Origin: Roseibacillus sp.
GTDB lineage: Bacteria > Verrucomicrobiota > Verrucomicrobiia > Verrucomicrobiales > Akkermansiaceae
NCBI GenBank assembly: GCA_051251855.1
Contig: JBPOGI010000001.1
Location: 1,280,001-1,344,000 of the forward strand
Reading direction: 5' to 3'
DNA length: 64,000 bases
Part shown: positions 1 through 9,619 of the stretch, piece by piece
Numbering within the stretch: position 1 is the first letter of the stretch
Layout: each line of letters begins with the position of its first letter
Notes under the pieces: generated by a model
The model's input: only the letters and a program-made list of their open reading frames with translations
Told to the model about the DNA's origin: nothing
Database searches by the model: none
Made by a program: the position numbers and the translations under genes

Positions 1-1081
1 CAGCCAAAATTTCGATTTCGGCAAAACCAATCTTGTTGCTTCCTCGGTAGGCAAAAAAGCGCTCCCCCTCCACTGCGTCAGAATTCCCCTTAATTCGTAT
101 ATAACGACATGGCGTCGATGGAATATTCCACATCAGAATGGGCCCAAACTCTCCGATATCTCGAAACTTATGCTCCAGAAGCAAAGTCGAATCCGAAAAA
201 TCCAGCTTCCGAGCCCCTTCAATCACGATGACGCTGGGGATTCCCATATTCACGTTGAATTCCGGAGGCGCACTTTTGCTTTGATACGCGGCATGGAGAT
301 GAATTCCCGAAACAGGATACTCCTCTTCCAAATCAAGAGTGAGAAATGGGTCCTCATTCAAATCTTGAAAATGGGCACTCCTTTCACGTCCCTGAGCCGA
401 ATCCATTAAGTAGGGCATTCCTCCATCAACAATGCGGTTCGGCTTCCAGATTCCACTGTTGAGCGGAACTTCCGAGGCCGAAATAGCTGTTTGATGAAGA
501 GCGACATTTTTTTCCCCACTGAAAACCAAGATTTCGGAAAGTTGAAAAATGTATCTCCGGTCGCGTTCTCGTGAAGTCAGTATGGTGGGTTCAATTCGAA
601 CCCATGAGGCACGAACTTTTGGCAAAGGCACCACAACGGGGGCAACTCGCGGCAACAGCTGATCGGTCTCGTCAAATTCAGCCACAATTCTGCCGGACTC
701 TTCACCCTCTATTCCAACAATGACTCGAAAGGCTTCTGGAAAACCATCGGAACGATAGCCCTCCTCATCGCCATAACGCCACAGGGTTGGTACCAGTATG
801 ACTTCGTTAATGGAGACTTCCTCTTCGAAATCAACTTGTATCCATTCCCCTTCGATATTGGGACTGTCTTGTGGGAAAGATCGGTAACCTGAAGTCCCCA
901 ATGCTCCGGTCCGGAGATTAATCACGGCAAGCTGTTCCAACTCGGCTTTGATCGAGTCCTTCCTCTCCTCGAGTTCTGAAATTGTCCCCACGTTGAGTGG
1001 TTCAGCATAAAGTCCTCCGGTCATGAAGAGGACTCTAAACAGCAGAGCGAGAGTCACTAGTATGGAAGTGGGAGCAGTCAT
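1..1081 (-). CDS. Partial CDS running off the left edge; probable N-terminal periplasmic sensor region (galactose-binding/F5-8-like domains) of a Verrucomicrobia-type histidine kinase
   Basis: Absent from the ORF track because it has no stop in the window. Manual translation from ATG 1081 is open to base 2: MTAPTSILVTLALLFRVLFMTGGLYA (signal-like), EWIQVDFEEEVSINEVILVP, DGFPEAFRV, VDGGMPYLMD, IGFAEIEIL. The kinase domain is not visible, so that part is inferred. Confidence 0.7.
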   Translation of the reverse strand, partial: MTAPTSILVTLALLFRVLFMTGGLYAEPLNVGTISELEERKDSIKAELEQLAVINLRTGALGTSGYRSFPQDSPNIEGEWIQVDFEEEVSINEVILVPTLWRYGDEEGYRSDGFPEAFRVIVGIEGEESGRIVAEFDETDQLLPRVAPVVVPLPKVRASWVRIEPTILTSRERDRRYIFQLSEILVFSGEKNVALHQTAISASEVPLNSGIWKPNRIVDGGMPYLMDSAQGRERSAHFQDLNEDPFLTLDLEEEYPVSGIHLHAAYQSKSAPPEFNVNMGIPSVIVIEGARKLDFSDSTLLLEHKFRDIGEFGPILMWNIPSTPCRYIRIKGNSDAVEGERFFAYRGSNKIGFAEIEILA

Positions 1082-1150
1082 TCTTGTCGTCGTTCTTTCA
1101 ACCTCGCGACAGCGGACCAGAATCTTACTCTGCAGAAACGAAAATAGCCA

Positions 1151-1195
1151 TAGGACAAAAGACCCATAGACGAGAAACAGGGGGAGACATAATCT
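1151..1195 (+). promoter_or_regulatory. Conserved 22-bp motif ending in a -35-like hexamer, plus a -10 box
   Basis: TAGGACAAAAGACCCATAGACG (1151-1172), 17-bp spacer, TAATCT (1190-1195); motif recurs at 9501 and 11566. Confidence 0.7.
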
Positions 1196-1320
1196 CAGAA
1201 CCGGAAATCGGCTATCGAGCTTGTCCGGCTATGAAATTTGCTGTCCTGCGATACGACTGTTCTAAAAACGGCCTCTTCCAAGGTGGTCCTCCCAATTCCT
1301 TCAGCTTTACCAAAATTCGT

Positions 1321-4300
1321 TTGAAAACCAGCCCCTTCCCAATTCTTCCAATCAACCTTCTAAGGGTCCTCTCCATTCAATTTGCGGCCTTAACGACCGC
1401 CTCTGCCCTTGATTTTAACTGGGATAATAGCGCCGCAGACAATGACTACTCAAATCCCTCAAACTGGGAGGGAAACGTCGCCCCCACAGCAGGGAGCAGT
1501 AACTACGTAGTCATTGACCGAGCGGGTTCCGACAAAGCCATTTTCAGCGGTGGCACAGGACCAAACCTCGCCGGCCTTCGAATTGGCTACAACGGCACCG
1601 ATGGCGAGCTCCATCAGACAGGTGGCACCCTCAACTTCACCGCCAATACCGGAGGAGCCACTCGCATCGGACGCAACGGGGAGGTGGGCACCTACCTCAT
1701 GACGGGGGGAACAGCCACCATCAACGCCGTCCAACTGGGTCTCGGCAGCAGTGGTGCAGGTAATATCACCATCTCCGGCGGCGACATGACCATCTCCCGA
1801 GGAGCGGGAACGGGAAGTTCCAGCCTCATCGTCGATTTCGGGAGTGGCAGCACGGAAGGCAACTTCGAAATCTCTGGTGGCTCTTTAGAAACCCGCACCG
1901 ATGTCATCATTGGTAACAACGGTACTTTTTCAGTACTCGGCAGCGATGCCACGAGCATCAACATCGGCACCCTCAGCTCCCTCGATGGTCAGTGGACTCA
2001 AGAAGCCGGCGGTACCCTGCGGGGTCGCATCGCGGACACCCCCGCAGGCATCACCAAGATTTTCATCGATGACAAGGGCGATGCCGGTGACGGCGATGGC
2101 AATGTCACCTTCGGGGAAGGCGCTCTGTTAGACATCGGGTTTCTTGATGCCAGTGTCGAGGGAGAGTGGGACCTCATGAGTTGGGAAGGTATCCTCACTG
2201 ACAACGGACTCACCCTTGCCCCCGGAGTCGATCCCTCCATCTGGAGTTTCGACTTCATCGATACTAATTCTTCCGGAACACCGGACACCTTAAGGGTGAA
2301 AACGAGTAGCATCGTGGAGAGCGCGGAATACACCTACGATGCCAATGCTGGAAACGTTAACATGAGCTCGGTCTCTGGCGCCTACAGTGACGACGCTAGC
2401 GCCACGGATGCTATCAACGACGGCAACCCTACCTTCGCTTCCGAAGTCCAAACCACGGGAGTCAACTTTGGCCCCACGGGACTGAATGACGGCACAGCCT
2501 TGGGCACCGGAAATGTCCTCAACACCTACTACGACAACATCAAATTTCCTGCCACGGTGACCTTTGCCTTAGACACCACTCTCGTGCCGACAGGCTACGA
2601 TATCACCGGCATCACGACCATTGCCGGTTGGGAAAAGAACGGAGCCAACCTCGCTAATCAGGTTTATGAGGTTTGGATTAGCGCAGTCGGCGATCCAAAT
2701 TTCTACCTCCTCCACACAGTGGACTACAAGCCCTTCACCAGCACCGGACTGAATGGCAACACCGCTTCGACGAAGGTCAACCTCGCCAGTAGCGGCGGGA
2801 TTCTCGCCAATGGAGTCGATGAGATCCGCTTCATTTTCCTCGATGATGGTGAGAACTTCGCATTGGTAGATGGCACCGTCTATCAGGAGATTGATATCTT
2901 CAGCTCCACTACCCCTCCACCCGTTTTGGTGATGAGCGAAATGTTCAGCGACTCCATGGTTCTTCAACGCGATGTAGATGTGCCGATTTGGGGTGCAGCC
3001 CCAGCAAACGCAGAAGTCACCGTGGCGCTCGATAGTGTCGTGGTGGCGACCACTACTGCGGACAGTTCGGGAGATTGGATGGCTCAACTCGGCCCCTATC
3101 CCGGCGATGGCGGACAGCCTCATACCCTTACCGTCTCAACTCCTGGAGAAGCGGACGTCGTTCTCACCGACGTGGTCTTCGGGGATGTCTACATTGCTTC
3201 GGGTCAATCGAACATGGCCCGCTCCCTGACCGGCATCGGTGCGAGTTCGGAAATCACCGTCGCGAACTTCCCTCTCATTCGCCAAATTAAAATGGCTGAA
3301 GTCACCTCCTCAAGCGAACAAGATGAGCCCACCGTGCAATACGATTGGACGGTGTGTAGCCCTCCTGTCGCGGGTAACTTTTGTGCAGTCGCTTACTTTT
3401 TTGCCAAGGAACTGCAGGCCGTCACTGGCGAGCCGGTCGGGATCCTGTTTTCGGCTTGGGGTGGTCGAACCATCGAGCGCTTCATCAACCCGCAAGGCCT
3501 GGAAGCCGTCCCCGCCCTCTCTGGTGTGCTGCAGAACCGAGAAGACGGCAACATCTCCCAATACTCCGACATCTACAACGCCATGATCGCTCCGATGAGC
3601 CCTTACGCCGTGCGTGGCGCCCTGTGGTATCAAGGGGAGCAAAACGCAAGCGCTGGTGACGGCGACATTTACCAACTCAAGATGCGAGCCCTCATTCGGG
3701 GCTGGCGCGATCAATGGGGCCAACAAGACTTCTCCTTCTACTGGGTCCAACTCCCCAACTTCATCACCGCTGCAGATTGGCCCCCTCTTCGGGATTCCCA
3801 ACTCAAGGCACTTTCGGAGCCCGACACCGGCATGGCGATCATCATCGACGCAGGCAACAACAACGACATCCACCCCACCAACAAGAAGGATCCCGGAGAA
3901 CGACTCGCCAGCCTCGCCTTAGCTGCCGAATACGAACAATCCAATATATCCAGCGGACCTCTCCTCTACACCTCCACCATCGAAGGCTCTCAGGTTCGGG
4001 TACATTTTGACCATGTCGGGAGCGGACTGTTAGTCGGAACCAAGAGTGGCACCAACGCCGTCGTAGAAACCACCGGAGCCCTGCAAAACTTTGAAATCGC
4101 AGGCGCTGACAAAGTGTTTGTGAGTGCGACCGCATTGATTGACGGAGCAACAGTCCTCGTCTCAAGCCCATCAGCGCCCTCCCCCCTCTACGTGCGCTAT
4201 TGTTACTCCAACGCGCCCACCGGCGGCAACAAGCTCTACAATCACGCGTTGCTTCCAGCCTCCCCCTTTCGCACTGATGTAGACTACGAGCTGGAAGTCT

Positions 4301-5136
4301 ACGCTGGAACCGGAGATGCAACTGGTATGCTCGCCGGAGAAACGCGAACGATCGTCGCCGATTCTCCTCCCTCCGGCATGGTGTTCGACCGCTGGATTGG
4401 GGCTGCCTCCGCGCTGGCCAATCCCAATGCTACTTCGACCACCGTCACCATGCCCGACCACGACCTCTACCTCCTCGCCAGCTACCGAGCATCGAGTGCC
4501 ACGAGCTATCTCGTCACGGTAAACAACGGTTTTGGGGACGGCACTTCTCAAAGTGATTCCCTCATCAACATCGAAGCCCAAGCTCCCGCCGCAGGACTCA
4601 TCTTCGACTACTGGAGCGGAGACACGGCGACTATCGTGAACATGAACGCTCCCGTGACCACCCTGCGCATGCCCTCAGCATATGTTTCCATCACCGCAGT
4701 CTTCAAATCTTTAAGCACGGTTGGCGACGGCATCCCCGACAGTTGGAGAGCTCTCCATTTCGGCGGAGACGGCACCACGACAACCGTTCTATCGACCGCT
4801 GGCGCAGACCCCGATCAAGACGGACAGAACAACCTCGCGGAATACAATGCAGGCACCGATCCCAACGACTCGAATTCAGTCTTCAAGCTCACTCACTTCG
4901 AAGTGAATGCCGAGGAAATCACCATCGACTTCACGACCCAGGCCTTCAATCGCTATCTTCTTCAGAGTAATGTGTCCTTAGCTCCCGAATCTTGGAGTCC
5001 TGAGTCCTACGAACTCATAGGCGATGGGCTGCCTATCCAATTTGAGTTGGTTCCAGGTGCCGAACCCCGTAAATTTTTCCGGATCAGAAGCACCTCCAAT
5101 ACGCCGTCACCTCCCGACGGACTCAATATTCCATGA
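1321..5136 (+). CDS. Secreted multidomain protein: beta-rich passenger-like domain, sialate O-acetylesterase (SASA/DUF303, SGNH) domain, B-repeat-like modules, Asp-rich Ca-binding motif and C-terminal Verrucomicrobia-type domain
   Basis: GDVYIASGQSNM, LWYQGEQN and DIHP motifs; DGIPDSW and DPDQDGQNNLAEYNAGTDP; RKFFRIR near the end. Start moved from 1084 to TTG 1321 because of a signal-like segment and the promoter at 1167-1195; ATG 1231 is an alternative. Confidence 0.85.
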   Translation: MKTSPFPILPINLLRVLSIQFAALTTASALDFNWDNSAADNDYSNPSNWEGNVAPTAGSSNYVVIDRAGSDKAIFSGGTGPNLAGLRIGYNGTDGELHQTGGTLNFTANTGGATRIGRNGEVGTYLMTGGTATINAVQLGLGSSGAGNITISGGDMTISRGAGTGSSSLIVDFGSGSTEGNFEISGGSLETRTDVIIGNNGTFSVLGSDATSINIGTLSSLDGQWTQEAGGTLRGRIADTPAGITKIFIDDKGDAGDGDGNVTFGEGALLDIGFLDASVEGEWDLMSWEGILTDNGLTLAPGVDPSIWSFDFIDTNSSGTPDTLRVKTSSIVESAEYTYDANAGNVNMSSVSGAYSDDASATDAINDGNPTFASEVQTTGVNFGPTGLNDGTALGTGNVLNTYYDNIKFPATVTFALDTTLVPTGYDITGITTIAGWEKNGANLANQVYEVWISAVGDPNFYLLHTVDYKPFTSTGLNGNTASTKVNLASSGGILANGVDEIRFIFLDDGENFALVDGTVYQEIDIFSSTTPPPVLVMSEMFSDSMVLQRDVDVPIWGAAPANAEVTVALDSVVVATTTADSSGDWMAQLGPYPGDGGQPHTLTVSTPGEADVVLTDVVFGDVYIASGQSNMARSLTGIGASSEITVANFPLIRQIKMAEVTSSSEQDEPTVQYDWTVCSPPVAGNFCAVAYFFAKELQAVTGEPVGILFSAWGGRTIERFINPQGLEAVPALSGVLQNREDGNISQYSDIYNAMIAPMSPYAVRGALWYQGEQNASAGDGDIYQLKMRALIRGWRDQWGQQDFSFYWVQLPNFITAADWPPLRDSQLKALSEPDTGMAIIIDAGNNNDIHPTNKKDPGERLASLALAAEYEQSNISSGPLLYTSTIEGSQVRVHFDHVGSGLLVGTKSGTNAVVETTGALQNFEIAGADKVFVSATALIDGATVLVSSPSAPSPLYVRYCYSNAPTGGNKLYNHALLPASPFRTDVDYELEVYAGTGDATGMLAGETRTIVADSPPSGMVFDRWIGAASALANPNATSTTVTMPDHDLYLLASYRASSATSYLVTVNNGFGDGTSQSDSLINIEAQAPAAGLIFDYWSGDTATIVNMNAPVTTLRMPSAYVSITAVFKSLSTVGDGIPDSWRALHFGGDGTTTTVLSTAGADPDQDGQNNLAEYNAGTDPNDSNSVFKLTHFEVNAEEITIDFTTQAFNRYLLQSNVSLAPESWSPESYELIGDGLPIQFELVPGAEPRKFFRIRSTSNTPSPPDGLNIP

Positions 5137-5196
5137 GAATATTCAGCAGCTTTGCCCTGACCAGCCATTACCCCGCAATCGTTCGCTTCCTATAAA

Positions 5197-8100
5197 ATGA
5201 ACTTACGAATCGATCAAGAACCTCAATCTCTCAATAAACTTCGTCGAGTTGAGCCACTGGGCTTTGCCTTGGTTGCCACCATCACCCTGATGATTCTGCT
5301 CAGCCTCATCGCAGTAGGCATCTTGTCACTCTCAGCAACTAGCCTCAGGAAGAGCGGACCCGAATCTGATTTGATAACGGCCCGTTCAAATGCCCGTCTC
5401 AGCGTGATGATTGCCATCAGCCAACTTCAAAAAACACTGGGGCCCGATCAAAGGGCCTCTGCAACAGCGGACCTTACCGTTCCTAATGGTTTTGCAAAAT
5501 GGACGGGAGCCTACGGCAACGAGGAAGTCGCGGACTACTCGCAAGCTCCATCAGCGATTCCCGCAAGCCCCTACAAGCCCGTGCTCCTCAATTGGCTGGT
5601 CAGCGGAAACGAAACGGTCAACTTCGAGTCATCGACCGACGCGACAGACTTTGGTAAAATAACCACCCCGCCCTCTTCAGTCCCATACAGCCCCACCGAC
5701 AGCTCCCCGGGGCTTGGTAGCGGGAATAGCCTGCTGACTATCAACGACACGAGAGCGGCCCTACTCGTCGGAGGAGGTTCCACTGATAGCAGTGCCAACA
5801 CGACTAGCTTGGTCGCTGCACCCATCGTTGAAATCAAGGACTCGCAAGATACGGCCGTCAAAGGAGGCTACGCCTACTGGATCGGTGACGAAGGCGTGAA
5901 AGCGCGAATCGACTTGCGTGATAACTTTCGCCAACAGACCAACTCTGGCGATATCGACGAGGCGAAGAGCTTTAGCTTCCTGACTTCCCAGCGCAGCGGG
6001 ATTGAGACGATGCGAAGGGATGATAACTCAACGAGTAAAATCGGAGAGGACTATGACCCCGACAACAACGGCCTCGAGAAACTGGCTTCGACCGGAGAGT
6101 TCCCGCTTCTCTTTAAAAATCTAACAACGGTCGCGAAGAGGAGATATCATGATCTGACCGCGTATTCGAAAAGCGTGATCGCGGATAGCTACGCTGGTGG
6201 ATTGAAACAGGAAATGGGGGCCCTTATCTATGGCAATGCCGGCCCAGGAGATTCTGAGCCCATCTTCACTCCGGAAAACGCGAGCGATTTCGGCCTCCCG
6301 ACCTGGGGACACCTTCGCAGTTGGGCAAAGCTCACGGCACCTCATGCAACGCCCCCTCCCATTCTTTCATCCTCAGGCGCCAGACCTTACACCCAAAATC
6401 AGTCCCGCTTTGGCCCCGTGATTCTGGTGGCTCAACTCGCCTTCGGGGTCGAACAAGTTCCGGGTACCACAGACGAACTTCGCATCCTCCTTTTCCCCGC
6501 ACTCGTTCTCTGGAATCCTTACACCGTGGGCATACCCTCATCCGACTTTGAAATCGGATACCGATTTATCCCTAATGACTCTGCAGAGGGCACCATGCGC
6601 GTGCAAATGAACAGTCGGGGCTCGTCCTCCCCTCGAGCGGATCCTTGGCAAGAGATCGGATCATGCGATTTGACTGGAGGGGACGCCCAGCTGACCTCCG
6701 GCGACGGATTCTTTCGTTTTCAAGTTCAAGGCTCCGAGATTCCCGCAGGTGAAAGCCATATCTATCTCATCGACTCATCCGGCTCATCATACGAGCCTGG
6801 CAACACCAAGCTCGTTCGAGCACCTGATCGAGCGCCTATTGGCCATCTCACTCGCGCTGTCTACACCTCGACATCCTTCACTTTCGACCAAACTGCATTC
6901 TTCGCTGGTCCCTACGTAAAACTTGATTGTGATCTGGGTCTTTCTCAAGGCATGGCCAATGGAAATCGTTTTGAGGTTGTTTTGACTGATCCGGGAGAAC
7001 TCGCCAGCGGCTTCACCAAAGACACCCCAGTCTATCAGGCTCTTCTGGATATGAACTTCTATCCCCGGTCTGCAGATGTCGTGGCTGCGAAGCAACTTTC
7101 GCTCGCTGACTTGCAAGCGATGTATTTCATGCGCAGCCAAATCATGATGGAGGCACGGGGAGGGTTTGCAGCAGATTGGTCACGTGTCGGAGCCATGAAT
7201 AGCAATGGCAGAGGCGAACGAAACCGATGGATCGCCAGCCAAAACCCAACCGCTCCCTACATCAAACGCACCGCCAATGAGGAAAGCTTGAGAGGAGGAG
7301 CATTCTCGCACGGAAACGTAATCAGTGGAGAAAATGACAACACTCGACACATGTTAGGAATGGCGAGTACCAACAACCACTTGGCTGGAATCGGGGGCGA
7401 CCCTAGTCCAGGAGCCTCCGCATCACTCATCGATGTGCTCCCCTCAGAATTACCCCTCATGTCCCTTGGACAATTCCAGCATGCCCAACTGGATCCCTAT
7501 GGCTTCGGCATGACCTACACTTTTGGGAACGGAGCCGCAAACGTGAACATCCCTCGCACTCAGCAATACGAGTCGGGGCAAGTCGCACCCCCAGGAAACG
7601 CCCCCACCCGCTACTCCGACACTCTCTACGACATGTCTTGGCATACCAACAGAGCCCTTTGGGACCGCTACTTCGTTTCAACGGCTCAACCGTCTCTGAC
7701 CCAATCGGATATCGACAACAACCTCCCCCTCCCAAACGCAAGAATGGAATTCGTGAGAGGAAGTCGAAACAATCCAACGCCCTCAAATTTCCTTCCGAAA
7801 AGCCCACAAGCTCTTTTAGAATCTGCTGCAAACCTCATGGTAAAAGGCGGCTTCAACCTGAATTCAACTTCGGTGGACGCTTGGCGAGCCATTCTAACAG
7901 GAACGAACCAGCTGACAGTCCCTTCCAGCTTAGCCAACCCCCAATATTCCTCCAACCCTCTGAATGCGATGATACCTCGTTTCTCCCGCGACGTGCGGAA
8001 GTCAGATGCCACCAATACCGATGGCCTCACGAATATGTGGAGTGCTTCAAACGCGAGGACAAACATGTATCGTGGAAACCGAGAGCTCTTGCTGTTTCGT

Positions 8101-8745
8101 GAAAACGGGAAGACCAACGAGTCCATAAGCGACGCTCAGGAAAGGCTCCATGAGGTAGCCGACGAGCTCGCTGAGAAAATCGTTGCCGAAATTCGTTTGC
8201 GAGGCCCCTTTCTTTCCATCAGCGATTTTGCGAACCGAAAGCTGGTGAATGAAGACGAGGGCATTCGCGGAACACTGCAAGCAGCCCTCGACAAAATGGA
8301 ATCTAACAAGGTCAATCCAGAAGCCAGCTTCTCCCAAATTGGAGCCTTCGTTAACACGGATACCAAGAACAATGCCGTCCCCGGCTGGGATGGAGAACAC
8401 TACATGGGGACTCCTTCCTCGGAGAGAGGTTCGTCATCGAATTCGCGAACGGCGATGGCACCGAAACACCTGACCCAAGCGGATATCCTTTCCACCATCG
8501 GCCCCTTCCTGAGCGCTCGCTCCGACACCTTCACCATCCGTGGCTACGGAGAGTCCCTTGATGCCAGCGGAAACATCGTTGCGCAAGCATGGTGCGAGGC
8601 CATCGTCCAACGCCAACCCGACTATGTGGATCCCGCTGATGATGCTTGGGTGTCTCCCCAAAATCTCACCCAGTCAGTTAACAAGACCTTCGGCCGTCGC
8701 TTCTCTGTCGTTGCATTCCGCTGGCTATCTGAGAAGGAAATCTAA
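5197..8745 (+). CDS. Verru_Chthon cassette protein A-like large pilin/PilX-type protein
   Basis: N-terminal GFALVATITLMILLSLIAVGIL prepilin-like segment; YAYWIGDEGVKA; C-terminal RSDTFTIRGYGES, AWCEAIVQR, FGRRFSVVAFRWL. Confidence 0.8.
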   Translation: MNLRIDQEPQSLNKLRRVEPLGFALVATITLMILLSLIAVGILSLSATSLRKSGPESDLITARSNARLSVMIAISQLQKTLGPDQRASATADLTVPNGFAKWTGAYGNEEVADYSQAPSAIPASPYKPVLLNWLVSGNETVNFESSTDATDFGKITTPPSSVPYSPTDSSPGLGSGNSLLTINDTRAALLVGGGSTDSSANTTSLVAAPIVEIKDSQDTAVKGGYAYWIGDEGVKARIDLRDNFRQQTNSGDIDEAKSFSFLTSQRSGIETMRRDDNSTSKIGEDYDPDNNGLEKLASTGEFPLLFKNLTTVAKRRYHDLTAYSKSVIADSYAGGLKQEMGALIYGNAGPGDSEPIFTPENASDFGLPTWGHLRSWAKLTAPHATPPPILSSSGARPYTQNQSRFGPVILVAQLAFGVEQVPGTTDELRILLFPALVLWNPYTVGIPSSDFEIGYRFIPNDSAEGTMRVQMNSRGSSSPRADPWQEIGSCDLTGGDAQLTSGDGFFRFQVQGSEIPAGESHIYLIDSSGSSYEPGNTKLVRAPDRAPIGHLTRAVYTSTSFTFDQTAFFAGPYVKLDCDLGLSQGMANGNRFEVVLTDPGELASGFTKDTPVYQALLDMNFYPRSADVVAAKQLSLADLQAMYFMRSQIMMEARGGFAADWSRVGAMNSNGRGERNRWIASQNPTAPYIKRTANEESLRGGAFSHGNVISGENDNTRHMLGMASTNNHLAGIGGDPSPGASASLIDVLPSELPLMSLGQFQHAQLDPYGFGMTYTFGNGAANVNIPRTQQYESGQVAPPGNAPTRYSDTLYDMSWHTNRALWDRYFVSTAQPSLTQSDIDNNLPLPNARMEFVRGSRNNPTPSNFLPKSPQALLESAANLMVKGGFNLNSTSVDAWRAILTGTNQLTVPSSLANPQYSSNPLNAMIPRFSRDVRKSDATNTDGLTNMWSASNARTNMYRGNRELLLFRENGKTNESISDAQERLHEVADELAEKIVAEIRLRGPFLSISDFANRKLVNEDEGIRGTLQAALDKMESNKVNPEASFSQIGAFVNTDTKNNAVPGWDGEHYMGTPSSERGSSSNSRTAMAPKHLTQADILSTIGPFLSARSDTFTIRGYGESLDASGNIVAQAWCEAIVQRQPDYVDPADDAWVSPQNLTQSVNKTFGRRFSVVAFRWLSEKEI

Positions 8746-8755
8746 AAAATAACTC

Positions 8756-9496
8756 ATGAACTTTTCCAACCTAATTTCAGCCGCCGCTCTTTTCCTCTTG
8801 GCCTCCGTGCTCCCCTCCTCCGCGCAAGGGGAGCCACAAGACGAGGGAAGCTCCTCCAAACGCACCATGCGGATCATCACCTTCGGAGGACAACTCGACT
8901 CGGTATTTTATGATGACGGCGGCACAAAGACCGAGCTCTTTGCAGGACCAGGCTCCTTCTCTTCCGAGATGCCTATTCCCAAAGACAGGGTTCTGAACCT
9001 CTACCATCAAAACGCCCTTCCTGAAGGTGAAGAGCCCAAAGAATCTCCCCCACAATACAGACAGGTGGGAAGCATTGAAATCCCTCAGGGCTCCAAAGTG
9101 ATCGTCTTGCTGTCGGTCCCTTTGGATCTCAACAAAGCCCCCATCAAGGGACGCGCCTTCAAAGACTCCTACTCCAGCCATCGCGCCCTCACAGCCCGTG
9201 CTTTCAACCTCACTCCCAAGGAAGTGGCGGTCCGCGTGGACAACGAGACCATCTCACTCAAACCAGGCGAAGAGGACCTCATCTCCTGGAAGCCTAAAGC
9301 CTATCACTCGGTCTCCTACCAAGTGGCCACTCGCAACAAGGACAAAACCACCTGGGACCAAGTCGAAAGCGGAGAGGGCGTCAGTCGAGAAGATCTCCGG
9401 ACCTTCTTATTTATCGTAGAAGACCTTTACGAAGATGTTCGCGCCGTCACCGCTTTAGCCGTCTCCGACCCCATTCCTGACGAAGCTAACGACTAA
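8756..9496 (+). CDS. Secreted hypothetical protein, probably co-transcribed with the Verru_Chthon A-like gene
   Basis: Signal peptide; 10-bp gap from the upstream gene. Confidence 0.75.
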   Translation: MNFSNLISAAALFLLASVLPSSAQGEPQDEGSSSKRTMRIITFGGQLDSVFYDDGGTKTELFAGPGSFSSEMPIPKDRVLNLYHQNALPEGEEPKESPPQYRQVGSIEIPQGSKVIVLLSVPLDLNKAPIKGRAFKDSYSSHRALTARAFNLTPKEVAVRVDNETISLKPGEEDLISWKPKAYHSVSYQVATRNKDKTTWDQVESGEGVSREDLRTFLFIVEDLYEDVRAVTALAVSDPIPDEAND

Positions 9497-9500
9497 GGAA

Positions 9501-9545
9501 GAGAACAAAAGCCCCATAGACGGAATTCCCATCCTTCCCTACTTT
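9501..9545 (+). promoter_or_regulatory. Second copy of the 22-bp motif plus -10 box
   Basis: GAGAACAAAAGCCCCATAGACG (9501-9522), 17-bp spacer, TACTTT (9540-9545), upstream of GH97. Confidence 0.6.
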
Positions 9546-9619
9546 GCCCCCTCCCTTCTGATAAGCCTCGCCTCTTTGACCACTTTCAAACTCAAATCTC
9601 ATTCATCAAAACAATAGAC

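Noticed and set aside
1084..1320. N-terminal 79 aa of the 1350-aa track ORF
   Set aside because: Spans the promoter motif; the signal-like segment begins at 1321
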